A stretch of DNA of 64,000 nucleotides from Takakia lepidozioides (GCA_030704615.1 CM060734.1:10106001-10170000); one strand, 5' to 3'. Positions 11,901 through 24,900 are shown, counted from the first letter of the stretch. Numbers and translations are program-made. The notes: generated by a model from the sequence alone, not told the origin.

Positions 11901-14041
11901 AATAAGCATCAACCATGCCACTACTGCATAGTGACAAGAATCCTGGTTTCCACATACCCAAAGGCACCCCCGTTCAGGACAAAGAGTTTTTTGGCCACAC
12001 CCTGTAATCCATGTCAAGAAAGCTAAAATAATATAACCAAATCATAGCTGGCTCTCCTGTGAGGCCAACCCACCTCCTCAATGCCCTTTTGCAGTGCCTT
12101 CTTCCGGATGCGACTCCTTTCTTGAAGTTTCTGTGAACCAGAGATGACATCCGTCACAACATGTATCACAAAACAAGGGACACGCCTCCTAAAGCGAGAG
12201 CACGCAAGGGACAAAGTCTTAATTGCTGCAATTACTGCTAACAACAACATTTGATGTGCCCATGGAGCATTTAGAGGATGCAGGTCTCAACCCAGCCCCA
12301 CTTCCGGTATTACTCTATTTGTATTTGCCCATAAACAAGGAAGAAGAGGGACACAATGAAGTCCAAAATATAAGACAACCCATGAATCAGACTAGTAGAA
12401 TTGAAATGAACCTGACATCTGAAAAGCCATAGACCCTATGGAACAAAAGAGCAGTAGAAATGAGATGGAAAACTAGGGGTCCTGGACATACAGAGCAACA
12501 TGGTCACAAGCATATACAGAGGGTGCCAGTGAGTTGAGTGTGCATACCACATCAAACTCAGACAAGCCAACAGCTCGGTCCACCCACCCACTGCACCGAC
12601 CACCGGCCATGTTACTATGTCAGACCAATTAGGCATGCATCAGACATTAACCCCCCACTGGACACATTGAACCATGGTGTAAAAAAGTTAAACCGAAATA
12701 AAAGCTGCTCACTGACTCCTGTACAGACTCTGCGCCTACGGCTTTTGGCACCGAAACAGCCTTCATTTGATAGACGTGTCTTTAGCTAACCAGTCTACTG
12801 CACAGAAACGATGTGTTACACTTTCACAGAGACTGCCATGACCTTATATCACTCACACAGCAAAACAAAAAAGACAATGAGAACAGATTAGCACTAGTTG
12901 ATTGAAAGAAGAGAAGACAGTTAGAGAAAGAAAGGGCAATAGAGAACAAACTAGTCATAGGTTCCGAAGAAGCGCACCAAAACATCAGTGTCCTTCCCTC
13001 CATCACCCCCTGTGCCTTCTTGCACTGTTCTTTCATCAGTCACCTGCTTACCCAACCATGCCATTTATCAATATTGACCTAGAATTGCCAAAGGTTGGCC
13101 CAATTTACTGCAAGGCCACTCTAGTCTAATCCAACCAATTGATTCTGACACTTGATGCTAATTAACTAGGAAACTGTCCAAATCTGTTAGTCGCTTTTGA
13201 AAAGCCTAAACAAGGGTGGCACTGTATTGGGACCTGAGCAGGCCACCATGGAAAGCGAGCAAACTTGGCCCAAACAAGTTGTCCTGGCACAAAGCGTGGA
13301 GTTGTGTCCTGGGCCACTGACGAAGTGCCTTCCGTCAGTCCTACCTCTGTACCTTCACCCACATCAGAGAGATGGGGGTCCATGCCTACTGCACCATTCG
13401 ATTCAGCATCCTCATGCTCTTCACTCTGAGTTGGAGCCATATCTGAATGAAGTGGTTCAAACATTGATTGATACACACAATTAGTATCTAGTTTTGGATC
13501 CTTGAAATTCCATAGGCCCATTGACAAAAATCCAATAAAAAGCAGTAAAATACTGCTGCAGAAGTATACTGAACTCACATTGTGCTGCCATTGAAACTGT
13601 GCACTGCATATAGTGCAAATCATCCACATATTTGCACGCGGTAGCCAGGGTTTCACCTGGATACTCTAACCCCAGAGGTCTGACAAGTAGGCTCTTCATT
13701 GCCATCAGCATGCTAAAAGGTGTCGCCTGTCTCCCCCTGCAAAGCTATGCACTCTTGAAAAGGCAACTAATGAAGGAGAGGAAAAAACTGTCACCTGAAT
13801 CCGTGGAGATATCATCACCACCCGCCACAGAAGTTTCACTGCGGGACTGGGCCTCTTCTTTCATGGAAGAGCGCCCTCCGTTATCACTGCTGGCTCCAAC
13901 ATCAGACTCTCCTTTCCTCGCGCTCTGGTACTCGTCATCTCCTGCACTTGCAAATCGCATCAGACTTAGAAGCCCCTCACACACTGCCTTTGTTTCTGAA
14001 ACCTTGTTTTGAGTTGGTCGATTATCTGCCACCGGGATCAC
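5947..14041 (-). CDS. PWWP-domain chromatin protein, spliced; 5' end unresolved
   Basis: Phase-compatible GT-AG exons: ~14041-13795, 13442-13234, 13043-12952, 12590-12548, 12130-12074, 11774-11678, 6696-6611, 6075-5947. They give FVPGQLVWAKFARFPWWPAQ|VTDE...VLVRFFGTYDY|GWVDRAVGLSEFDV|KLQERSRIRKKALQKGIEE|ALEF...|ARKRKPKVLYE|EEER...RRLRIMRQLGLAAPAGSPF...*. A possible upstream exon lies at ~14928-14787. Confidence 0.85.
6821..6851 (-). repeat. (CATTT)n LINE 3' tail
   Basis: Six GAAAT units on the + strand at the 3' end of the minus-strand LINE. Confidence 0.85.
6982..10118 (-). pseudogene. LINE ORF2 (APE-RT-Cys/His domain), multiply frameshifted
   Basis: ORF pieces 9898..10083, 8974..9804, 8295..8738, 8036..8323, 7404..7901, 7303..7743 and 7128..7370. 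No YxDD is visible between GVKQGCP and VNLSKSKIM, suggesting an internal deletion near 8090. Confidence 0.8.
10113..11075 (-). CDS. LINE ORF1 protein (coiled coil plus RRM-like domain)
   Basis: 320-aa ORF with heptad coiled coil, then NIWVTG...IERAWR...ILFIRF...LRGQGMYLNDDLT, directly upstream of the APE domain. Confidence 0.75.
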   Translation of the reverse strand: MFAAQDKDMENLRVELTNLQASLVESNSKVDGLLKQLNIKTTNTRISKLEGEVRSLTERDLSGRLAQVEKELGALKIDLEKTLKDKLGRMEQMVHSHASETPQTANIHQLVLTLTKDLETHKATMSTIALELKDHKAEASSCTNIVKGSTAQYNKSSHTMEETVSATLLEEQQRAFKALNIWVTGQLGTLAKGDPLDAATTLIQQNLALPRGASDIERAWRASTLKHKILFIRFKDKGAQDGVLRQRPQLRGQGMYLNDDLTHAIQCHAGSPFSSQTGSGTGALCCLSRWEGGSLFDSKNVALLTLNRGWGPMRPTHAHI

Positions 14042-15288
14042 TAGTACCTCCAGGGCTCAACAGTCTATCAGGGCTCAACAGTGGCAAAGCTTCTCAGGCC
14101 TTCAATCTTGTGTCACCTGTGGTCATTTGATGCTTTACTTAGCCTACTTCGACGTCGAATTTCTGTCCATTGCTGTATACCGAGTGAGTTTGCAAGTCAC
14201 GAGTCACCCACACTACAATCATACCTGACTACTAAGTTGAGGCGTACATGCAGATTGCTCAATGCAGAGAATATCCATGTGTTCTTTGATCATTTCATAT
14301 CAGTGTCAGCCACCGGGGCAGGCTGGCATCGCGCAACTTCACACATACAAGAAGGTGCGGACAGTTGCACAACCCGGCGCTTAGAATTGAGTCCGCAATC
14401 GCCTACTCAATACATGATTCGACTATGAGAGTGAGAGGAGATAGGTCTCTTTTAGGCTCTTGAATAAGCTAGAAAAATCTCAGAATGAAGGTAGAATTGT
14501 CAGCATGAGCATTCATGCAAACAGCGCAATGCCTGCAAATCACAGGCTGCTTTTTCACCTACATCTCAAGACAGCGAGGAAAATAACACTCCCCTTACAA
14601 AAAGAAATGTTCAGCCCTTCTCTCACCTCCGATCGGAGTTGTGATATTTGAAAATTGCTTGCTTCTCAGCAATTGTGGCTTTTTCAAAGCAAAAAATTAA
14701 GTGAAACTACATCTGCAATGGTTATGAGAGAAACAACACACACACGCACACAGAGGAGCAAGAGAAAGAAGGAACAGAGAGGAAACCTCGAAGGTCGATG
14801 ACATGGTTCTCAAAACTGTCAGAGTCATAAGTGACAGCCTTCACCTCTGGCGTTTTCCCATTCACAGTTTTCTTATTCCCTTCCTTCTTCCGTAAGCCGT
14901 TCGTCCGCGTTTGCCCAGTCGCCCGCATAGTCACAGAAAAAGAAAGCACCAACCTCCCACCCACGCAAACCCACACACCCCCCCACCCTCCACAGACAGA
15001 CACAGACAAACACACACACGAAAAAAACCAACTACCAAATCACCTCGGAGCACATGCCTGTTGCAGTGATGATGACCACTATCACAGAGTCTGATCGTAG
15101 GACGAATTTAGGAACCTCGGATGCAGAAACTGTGCTGCAGCCTGCGAGAGACGGACAGAGAGAGCCGCTGCTCTCCCTGCCATGCTTTCTTCCTCTGTTA
15201 GGGACTCGGTAGCTTCCTGAGGCACGATTCCATCTGAGCTGTTAGATCTATAAATAATTTTCTTTTCTTCTTCTTTTTTCTTTTTCTT

Positions 15289-15319
<31 letters not shown>

Positions 15320-18300
15320 CTTTTTTTTTTGGTTGGAACAGGGGAAGGCCCTGAATTAACTTTATTGAGTTTATTGTGGGGAAAAAAATTAAAATCCCAA
15401 AATACACCATGAGGTACACACACCGTAGTCAGTGATGAACGAACTAACCTCCCGAAGGGAGAAGATCAAGACAACCTAGGGTTACAAGCCCTATGTAGAA
15501 GTCACACCCGTAGGGGGTTGCTTTGAATGTAGGCAGTCGCTTCTGGAATGGTGAGATCTACAAGGAATCCATGAGGTGAATGGCTTAGCAACCGCTTGGA
15601 ACCTGTCGGAAGCTTATTTGTGTGCACGAATGGATCTCAGCGAAATTTCAGTCTAGCAGCCGATTTGATGTGGCGCCAATTGATATCCCTGTCAAACTCG
15701 GGGGACGCCGCCATGGAGGGGTGTGTTGAGTTCTCGCCATCGATCTGGCGGTTGAGCTGCCCAGGCACAGTGGGATGGTGGCAAGCTAGTGCAGAGAAGA
15801 CCGTTTCTTGCCCAAGTGCTGGCGAACTGACCGTGGATTGCTGCCGCTTGTTGGGGTCTTCTTGCGACATCTGCACAGAGTTTTGCCCAAGCCTTCCTCC
15901 CTTCAATCTGCAAGTCCCAGAATACTCTAGAAAGCAAGGTAGATAAAGTGCAGGTAGTACCCGAGAGGGTCTAGGCACATCTAACTTTCCATATGTTCCA
16001 CATTGTAGAGCTGCGAAGGCAATCGTAGACTGGGCAGTTTGAAGCCTTGGTTTTTGAATTTGAGTCGTAGTTGAGTAGCAGATGTACAACTGAGAAGTCT
16101 TGGGTATCCCAATGTCTATAAAATTCTTTAACGATAGGAAAGACTTTCCTGGGGGTAAGGCAACAAATAAGGCAATGTTCCAGGGTTTCAACTGCCCATA
16201 GGAGCAACAAGAGCAAAGCAAGGCTTCCTGGAATTGTAACCATTCTCCCATCTTAAGGACTCTGTTGGCAATAGAAAGGCGGACATCTTGGCTGGCCTTG
16301 CTCAGTCCAGATCACCTGCAAGCTCTGTAAATCACATCAAGTGAAGTCCCTCACCTGCGCCCGTCCCAAAAACAAACACAAAACATGTTTTGTGTGTTGG
16401 TGAGGATGCGCGAGGTGAGTCGCAGGACTTCACAGTTGCTATCCATGTCAGAGGTGAGCTACAAAGCAGGCAAAGAGATCAATTGGACAAGCATAAGCAG
16501 AAACAACCAAAAACTTTCAAAGTTAGTGGAACTAGTGGATTTTGCAGTATAACATCCAAGATCTGGCATATGACAAAGCAAAACGCAGTAGCTTTGCTGC
16601 AGGGGAGAGAAAACAAGCCTCCACAAATCAGTTATGGCGCCGCTGCAGCATAAGTGCACAATGAAAGCTATCTCCGGAAAGCATAGCAGCGGCTCGGCTG
16701 CCAGCATGTGGAGTGAAGACACCAGCAGGGGTTAAACATAGGAGCCATCAAGATCAAAGGAAAGAGGAAGAAAGGACCGTACTCCCCTAAAAATACAAAT
16801 GGCGTTGCTTCTTCAACTCGATTCCAATCAACTTCAAGCTTTAAAATCCATGTTAAGTGAGGACCCTCACCTGGTCCCATCACATGCAATCAGAAACAGT
16901 TAAGTTAGAGACGATGTGGAACCCCAGGTGAATCGCAGGTCTCACGCTTGTTATCGATGTACAACATGCAATACAAAGCAGGGGCAGAAAGGAAACAGAG
17001 CATATGCAAGCCAATACCTTGATGGCTTGTGGAAGAGAGGCCTGCGCCATAGCTCTCAAGACCAGCAAACAAAAATGCACAACAAAAATGTACAAAGCAT
17101 GCACAAAGAAAGTGAATCGCCCAAACTTAAAGAGTTCAGACACTTCCCTAAGGCCTTAAGATCGCCGCTTGTATCTTAATGATCAATGAAGGTCACAGCA
17201 AGCAACCACAGCACAGGTAGATCGCCCGCCAAGCATTAGAGACAACCGCCACAGGGAAATTGCAGGTACTGCCGCCATTGCGCACCCCAAGAGGGGAAGA
17301 AGGTATTGAATCTTGCCAGAACACCTAAATGCCTTAACGGCGCAGCTCCATAGCATTCAAGGGCGCCTGAATCGAGCTCCATGCGCCCCCCGTCACCATC
17401 TCTCAGCTCCCAGCTCCAGCCATCCCTTGAGCACGATCGTCGTGCAGAGGGTTAGGGCACAAAATTTGCAATAAAATGTTGCATTTCATTGCTATGACGA
17501 GTCCACTGGTGCCAAATTCCAACTTGATATGACCCTATTTCCGTGCCTCCTAACCCTATTTCCGTAGACACACAATGGTCCGCTCATGCTTTTTTTTTTC
17601 CCGCTCATGCTCATGCCGCTCATGAAATAGCAACCCCCCAACCGATCAATGGTGGGATATGAAACACTGCTATAATTGAATTTAGGAGGGGTATCTTGGC
17701 TCGGACTTCCAGGGGACGATTCGGACATCTTCCACATCGAAGGCTAGTGTGCAATGTCATATGCAAATTGGTTATCTGGAGGATGTACCATTGATATGAA
17801 ATATTAAGCATATAGTGTACAAGCTATTTTTGAAGCTTTGCAAGTAGCATCCCGTTTTTGGTGTCAACGGGGTTAGAATGGTTGAGTCAATTTGGTAAGG
17901 GGCCTCTTACATGGCACATTGAACATAGTGGCCAAGTCTCAAAGCGAAACAAAATCATTTCGATGGCCAACCATCCGTTTGTTGTTGGGTCCAACCCTAC
18001 CATGGCTTTACTGTCATGTAGGCTAAACAGAGTGCATGCGCCTGAGGGATGTGTCTTAATGTTGCTCTTGGAAGTTCTATTAACATATTTCACACCATGA
18101 TCTGGAATCTAAGTGTGCATTATGTGTTGGATATTTGCATGGCAGTGATATCATTCTGGGCGTGCATTGATGTGCTGCTATTGTTTGCCTATCCAACACC
18201 GAAACGTCGAACCCCCAACTTTGAATACCACACAGCCTTCAATGGTGTTGCGTTTGGTGTGGTATGCTACATACTTTGCTTATTCAATTGCGCAAATTTT

Positions 18301-18568
18301 AGACTGATCTGTAGATCTTTATGATTGGATTTGACTAATGAGTGATTGCACTTGAGGACCACATGACATAAAATGGAGGGAGGAAAGTAAATTTATCATG
18401 ATTCTAGATGGAGAATGGATGAGGCCGTTAAAAGCGAATCCTCGCTCAAGTGCACGCCACCCAAGCAAGTAACCAGAATATTTCAAAGTGGGAGCTCACT
18501 TAATGATTACACGAGTTGGCTTTTTAAAAAAAAATCAATTGGTGTATTTTGCAAAAAGTCTGTATAGT

Positions 18569-18671
18569 TGTAGATGCATAAATGGGTACAATTTTATTTT
18601 TGGATCGTTTTTTATTTTTAGCTAGGCAGTTTCGGCATTGTACTGCCAAAACATGACAAGTTGTTAGTTAT
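18569..18671. repeat. ~100-bp repeat, inverted copy at 51943-52046
   Basis: tgtagatgcataaatgggtacaatt...catgacaagttgttagttat is the near-exact reverse complement of 51943-52046. Confidence 0.9.
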
Positions 18672-19662
18672 TGGAATCCACAAGGACAGACCTTGGGATG
18701 CGAGGCACATAAGGTGCGGTAATCTAACCCAACTTTTAGGAGTAGGACTTGTTTTATATGACATAAGCTAGGAAAGCTATGACCATTCAATTGCCAAGGT
18801 AGAAGATTTCATACGTCTTCACTGCTAATCACTTGTTGTGAGTTTCTTTCCTCTTCACCAAGTGAAGAACCACAGGTGTAGGAATGGGAACAATGGGATG
18901 GCCTATATATGCACTCTTGTTCAATGCATACTGTCAATCATTACCTGTCTTTTATATCACAGAATATATATGTGTCCGCTCAAAAGCATATCTCGAAGAA
19001 AAATAATGCTTGCTGCATCAAGCATTCCGCAGTATATCGATGCTCCCTGTATGGAGCACTGCAACTTCTCGTACGGGGATTCTAACCTTAGACCTTTTGT
19101 CATTTCCCCTTATAATCCCGCTGCAAAATTCCTCATAGAAACAGAAAAAGTTGGAAAAACAGTGAGGGGGTAGAAGGTGAGTTTTAGAGCAGTGGTTGTT
19201 GTTCCCCTCACATGAGTGAAGGATGTGAAGCACATGAAAACCCAGAAGGGTCTGTGACCTCTTTTCATTAGGAAGTTATAAATGGTGCGTTACTCCAGGG
19301 TAGGGTCCACTGAGGTTCACAAAGTAGTTAATCATTTCCAAGTCAGTCATTTCACCACGAGCTCGGCAAAATCCATGAGAGGTCCCTGCGAGCAATTGTG
19401 AGAAGTAGTTTTAGGTCACATTTTGGTGCGTTTACTATGCGTAGGGTCCTCGAGTATCCAATCTTTTCCGTTATGGTGGGATCAGCCCATTGAGGCGCAT
19501 CCCGGGAGCGTCCTGTTATGAGCATCCCCATGATTAGGTCTTAGTTCGGGGCACCCGAAGAAGTTCCGGCGCACCCATGGAGTTGGGTCCTCGGGTATCC
19601 AATCTTTTTCCAGTTCAAGTATTTCACCATGAGCTCTGCAAAATCCATGAGAGGTCCCTGCG

Positions 19663-20388
19663 TGTCGCGCACCTCACTTCGGTAAGCTCCCCTTCAAGTC
19701 ATAGTTACTTGCTTTGATGCGCGCGCCTAACTCCCAACCTGGCCGCCGGGCCAACTCGGAGCTTTGGCTGCTCACCGGGACATAACGGTCCCCCTTTTTC
19801 CACCAACAGACCCTCCGCCAATTTGGGCCTAGTGGAAATTCCCTTTGGTAGATGGCAGTCCGGAATAGCTCCCCACTCCTTGGTCGCTTTCCGGCTCGCT
19901 CGCTTACTCACTAGTTTTTGGTCACCAACGGGCTTGCACCGTTCTCGGGGTTACTACTCCCTATATATACACTTCTGTAACTGTCCGCGGGGGTCTCACA
20001 AACAACCATGCCATTTTATGGCGAACCACCACGAAGACCCTCAATTCCCGGTGATGAGTCGCGGTGAGTCTTGGCCCACCCACCATGGCCCCATTGGACC
20101 GTGGTGAGTCCCAAGACTCCCCATGATTCCCACCACAAGGTCTCCGCCCCATGGTGAGTCCTATGCCACCCCCACTAAGTCCCACTAAGCTACCACCACC
20201 CCTTGTGGAGCCACCCCCACCGCAACCCGGTGTGCGGGGCTCCACCTAGTGAGTGCCTCCACCTCCTTGAGTGCCTTGGGCACTCAAGGGTGCTTCAGCC
20301 CCCCGTACCTATTGTTGCCACCGCCCCCACCACAGGGGCAGCCCCTCTGCATCCCGACCCCCTGCCCTCAAGGCAAAGGGCCGCGACA
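19663..20388 (-). mobile_element. 3' LTR of the chromovirus whose 5' LTR is at 52478-53195
   Basis: Reverse complement of 52478-53195 (about 3% divergent by eye) with TGTCGCG..CGCGACA termini. Preceded on the minus strand by PPT GGTAGGGGTG (20391-20400) and followed by CGCAG. Confidence 0.95.
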
Positions 20389-20445
20389 CACACCCCTACC
20401 AACAGGGAGTCGATGTCCTCATCGAGTCACGGGCTTACATAACCT

Positions 20446-20646
20446 ATCACAGTCAGTCACAGCTTGACACAGCTTGTCACAGCCTGACACAGCCTGACAC
20501 AGTTTGTCACAGTCTTACACAGCTTGACACAGCCTTACGCAACCTTACATAGCCTATCACAGCCTATCACAGTCAGTCACAGTCTATCACAGTCTATCAC
20601 AGCCCGACACAGCCCGACACAGCTCGGCACAGTCACAGCCCGTCAC
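20446..20646. repeat. Degenerate ~10-bp tandem repeat with (T/G)(C)ACAGC core
   Basis: tcacagctt gacacagctt gtcacagcct gacacagcct ... Confidence 0.85.
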
Positions 20647-21151
20647 AACGTTCACAGGGAACGGTTATCATTGGCAGGGAATGACTGTGTGGGAACGACA
20701 ATTGCAGAGGGAACGTACATTCTGTCTTGGATGACAGTTAGTTAGTTAGCCGGTTAGAACAGCTTGCAGGTAGAATAGGCAGAGTAGCGACATAGAGGGG
20801 TCACTTCTTGAAGATCACTTCTTGGACATCATTGGGGGAGATCAGGCGGAGAGCACGATCTTGGAGCGCAGGGATGGAGATTACACAGAGGAGGAGATAT
20901 GACGAGATGATGCTTGATTCATGCAAGCTGTAGAGATGCACTGTAGAGCAGATTAGAGACACCATGGCTTCGGCCTGATACTTGATAGATATTAATCCGA
21001 TATATATTTCATACTCACACTGTGTAGAGAGACCTGAGTGAAGCTGTGGAATGAATGTTTGGGTAGATGGAACATGGAAGATTGCAGAAGCAATCTGATA
21101 CTTAATCATAGACAATAAGGTAACTTGCTAATATGAATGCGAGAAGGAATA

Positions 21152-21236
21152 TGTCGTGCACATACATATCGCTACACAACTACATCGCTGTCCAAACCAC
21201 ACCACACATATATGCACAATAAAGTAGTCTGCCACA
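21152..21236 (-). repeat. Terminal repeat B2 (85 bp)
   Basis: Direct copy of 21597-21681 with 3 mismatches; TG..CA ends. Confidence 0.95.
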
Positions 21237-21237
21237 A

Positions 21238-21594
21238 TGATAACCAAACTAGAAAAGGACACACACTCTCAACACAAGAAATATGCAATCCCTCAACATC
21301 ACTCTTTAAGATAATAGTCGAGCCAGGGGCACCCCAAGCTATGGGGACTCCACCCCACAACAACCTACACTCCCATCATAAGCACACTCAGATCTGAAGA
21401 ATGCAGGAGCTCGGTCGCGCAGGCTCAACTCGAGAGAGATGAGCCGCGCGACTGCCGCTCTCGTGAAGATAAGACGGACCAGGTGTCAAACTAAACTTGA
21501 CACCTGATTTAACACTTGACCTAAATCCAAGTGTTAAATACAAATAACTAGTTTTATTCTAGCTGTTTTCACACTGTGCTTATTTAACTTGACA
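21238..21594 (-). repeat. Repeat A2 (357 bp)
   Basis: Direct copy of 33171-33526 (about 3 differences). Confidence 0.95.
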
Positions 21595-21596
21595 GC

Positions 21597-21681
21597 TGTC
21601 GTGCACATACCTATTGCTACACAACTACATCGCTGTCCAAACCACACCACATATATATGCACAATAAAGTAGTCTGCCACA
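21597..21681 (-). repeat. Repeat B1 (85 bp), directly after the PPT
   Basis: Joined to A2 by the palindrome GACA-GC-TGTC (21591-21600). Confidence 0.95.
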
Positions 21682-21693
21682 ATCGCCCCCCTA
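21682..21693 (-). promoter_or_regulatory. Polypurine tract
   Basis: Minus strand TAGGGGGGCGAT immediately before the TG of B1. Confidence 0.75.
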
Positions 21694-21941
21694 GCTGGTG
21701 GATAGGTCCCTCTACCTCCAGATAGCTACAAGATGAAATAGCCACAACCGTACTAAGTCCTCTATCACTGTCCCTATTGTACTCAAACTCTATAGACCAA
21801 GAGGCCGGGTACAAGAGTAGCCCCATCGTTAATCGCCGTCTTGCAATCTGTGAACTTGAGCCAGGATCTCGTGTGTTCAAGGTCTCCTAGTAGCTGGGCC
21901 TTGCGTTTCTTGTTAGCCTTCCATGGTTGTATCCACTCCCA

Positions 21942-23200
21942 CTATCCAATGCAATGTGGACATAACCAATCCCCATCTGGAACCATCTCAAGAGGTGGAG
22001 TCAAGCATCCCATATGCCAACCTCTAGAGCATCGATCACACCAGCATGGTGGCTGCCCCTTTAGCAGACCCACACAACATGCACCTCAAACCTGCAGATA
22101 CCACTGCCAGATTTGGGTCAATCCTGCCATCGACATTCGGAAGGTGACATGGCACACAATACGCACATGGTCCTTCCAAGTTATGCCATCCCGACCCTCC
22201 AAGACCAAGACGCCTGAGGGCAAGACCTCTCGAACCCTCAAAATAACACGTCCTGCAGTCACATCCAGGGTCGTAGGAGCAGTCTGCTGCAGATAGACAT
22301 AGTCACCAGGGTTGAATCTCCGAACCCCAGGACGATAGCCCCCACCACGTATGGTAGCATACCTCAACGTATCACGGTGTTGAGCAATGGCAAGGTTCTC
22401 GAAAGCCATGGACATGACTCTCTTGAACAATTCTGCACGCTGCTCACATGCACGTGCCCACACGTCCGGATCGTCAAGGTTAAGAACTGTAGCAGCTTCT
22501 CTACGAATGGATGTAGGCAAATCCGGCTCTCGGCCAAAGAGAAGAAAGTATGGTGAGAAGGAGGCAAGTGATGCTTGCTTGCTGAACCTGTAGCCCATGG
22601 CTAACCAGGGTAACTGAAGGTCCCAATCTCCTAGGTGTCCCTTCTGCAAGCCATACTTACGCAAACCCCTCTTTACTGTCTGAACAACTCTCTCTGCCAA
22701 GCCATCGGCCTCAGGATGATCCCGAGAAGTGGTGCGGTGGTCTATCAAGGCCTTGTCACACAAAGCCTGAAACTCCCCCAAGAACTCTCTCCCTTGGTCC
22801 GTGAGTACCTCAGCTGGAGCACCGAATCGGCTAAGCACACAATCCAGGAATACATACGCAGCTCCCTCACTAGCCTTATCAGGCAATGGAACCAATTCAA
22901 TCCACTTGGAGAAGTGCTCCACCATCACCAACACGTACTTGTTGTGGCGCATGGTCAGTGGCAACGGCCCTGCGAAGTCAAGACTCCACCTGTAGCCCAA
23001 TCCCATGATCGGAAGAGGGTGCAATTGTGGAGTAGGGGCGTTGAATGAAGCACGCACCCTGTCACACACCATGCACCTAGCCACAAATTGTTGTACCTCT
23101 GTGTGCATACCACGCCACCAATATTGCCCCTGCAGTAGACTATGAGTGCGTCGCACCCAAAATGCCCCAACTCCTCATGGGCATGGCGCACTAACCGTGC
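21942..23200 (-). pseudogene. DDE (rve) integrase with C-terminal PHD finger; frameshifted
   Basis: HAHEELGHFG...CMVC zinc finger; WSLDFAG / LTDQGREF / GLAER catalytic triad (ORF 22086..23156). After a shift: CMLC...LV(C)DRCSRGWHMGCLTPPLEMVPDGDWLCPHC* (22083-21942). Confidence 0.9.
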
Positions 23201-23203
23201 CCG

Positions 23204-24900
23204 CTATGTTGGGTGAGGCACAATCCTCACTCGACCATCCTCCCACACTCGGAGCAGGTGTGTCCCCTCCCACCTGAACCTCTTGGCTCGTTGTAGGATC
23301 CGATCCCTCTCCTTGGCAGTCACAGTCGCTGCCGTGTCTCCAGTGCGGAGGTAGTCCAACACAACTGAATCCTCATGTATATCTTTGGCGCTACCTTGCT
23401 CATTGCTGGCCTCAGGGTCCTCACACACTTGATCTACAGCCATCCCTGTTGCAGGTCCAACCTGGCCTTCCGCTGCCAAGATACACAGAAATGCAGATGC
23501 ATGCCATCCGGGCACCATCTCCTCGTCCGTCTCACCATGCCACCGAGCTCCAGTGTCATCATGTTGGCTCGTGCATGGATTGCGACTCAACCCATCTGCA
23601 TTGCGATTGACCAAACCCGGTCGATGCACCACCTGAAAGTCATACTCTTGAAGGATGAGTGCCCACCGTGCAAGCTTCTCCGTAAGCTTGTCTAACTCCA
23701 TCAACCACTTGAGTGGTTGGTGATCCGTGACAAGGGTGAAGAGATTGCCGTATAGATAGCACCTGAAGTGTGCCACGGCCCACACTGCAGCTAAGCATTC
23801 TCCCTCATATGAGCTATACTTAGACTCTGCAGCATTGTTCGAGAGGCTAGCATAAGCCACTACGAACTCTCTTCCCTCATCATCCACCTGTGTGAGCACC
23901 CGCTCCAAGCCCTAGCATGCTCCAATCTGTATGCAGCTGAAAAGGACGCCCCCTGATAGGTCGTCTCAAGATGGGCGCCGAGGTCAACCTCGCCTTGAGC
24001 TCTTGAAAAGCTTGTTCTTGCTCATCTTCCCTCTTCCCACTGCCACTCCTGGTCCACCTTGGTCAGCTTGGTTAGAGCTTTTGCAATGGCACTGAATCCC
24101 TTAACAAACCGTCTGTAATAGTTTGCTAACCCCATGAAAGCTCGAACTCGGCTCACATCCGTGGGGCGTGGAACCTGTGCAATGGACTCTACCTTAGTCT
24201 GCTGTACCCCCAATCCTCCAGGATATATCATGTGACCCAAATACTCAATCTGGTTGTGGAAAAACTTGCACTTGCCCGGATGTAACTTCAATCCGTGCGT
24301 CTTAAGCGCTCAAATACCCCCTGAAAGTGTCTCTCATGCTCCTCCACCGTAGCACTAAGATGATGATGTCATCTATGTAGCACCGAGCAAACTCCACCCC
24401 TGCTAGAATCCTGTCCATGACTCTTTGAAACTCAGCGGGAGCGTTTTTTTAAGCCAAATGGTAAGAACCGCCACTGGTATAGGCAATCCTTCCCGTGCTC
24501 ATTGATCCCCCAGAATGCCGTCTTTTGCTTATCCGCCTCCTTGATCGGCAACTGGTGATATCCGGATCGTAAATCCAACGTGCTAAAGACCTTGGAATGC
24601 CCAATGGCATCAAAGATCTCCTCTGGTGTTGGCATGGCATACTTATCGGACTTGGTCTGACGATTTACAGGCCGGTAATCACCGCACATACGTCTCTCCG
24701 TCCAATTGCCATAGACATCCTTCTTAGCTGGCATCACTGTGGCTGAAACATACTCTCCACCGAGAGCTCCACCAAACCTGCCTCCCAGAGATCTTGAGTC
24801 CTCATCTGAATCAAAGACCTCTCCATGTCACTGTATCTATAGGGTCTCCAAAGATTGGCGTGTCAGTGGCCAACTCAATACGGATCTCTTGACCCTTCAG
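23204..24900 (-). pseudogene. Reverse transcriptase and RNase H; frameshifted
   Basis: RRMCGDYRPVN, LDLRSGYHQ, LPFGLK, CYIDD (~24368-24382), KCKF..EYLGH, FMGLANYYRRF, YEGECLAAVWAV, TDHQPL, NADGLSR. Confidence 0.92.

Noticed and set aside
15082-15423. Lys/Arg/Glu-rich ORFs
   Set aside because: Translation of a T/TTC low-complexity tract.
15596-17400. Possible minus-strand host gene remnants (204-aa ORF, exon-like pieces)
   Set aside because: No recognisable domain and no consistent splice model could be built.
21152-21681. Independent TRIM with 85-bp LTRs (B-A-B), or a solo LTR A inserted in another LTR
   Set aside because: No TSD flanks B-A-B or A2 alone; an 85-bp duplication is too long for a TSD; B1 abuts the large element's PPT; and the AATA TSD spans the whole 12.4 kb.
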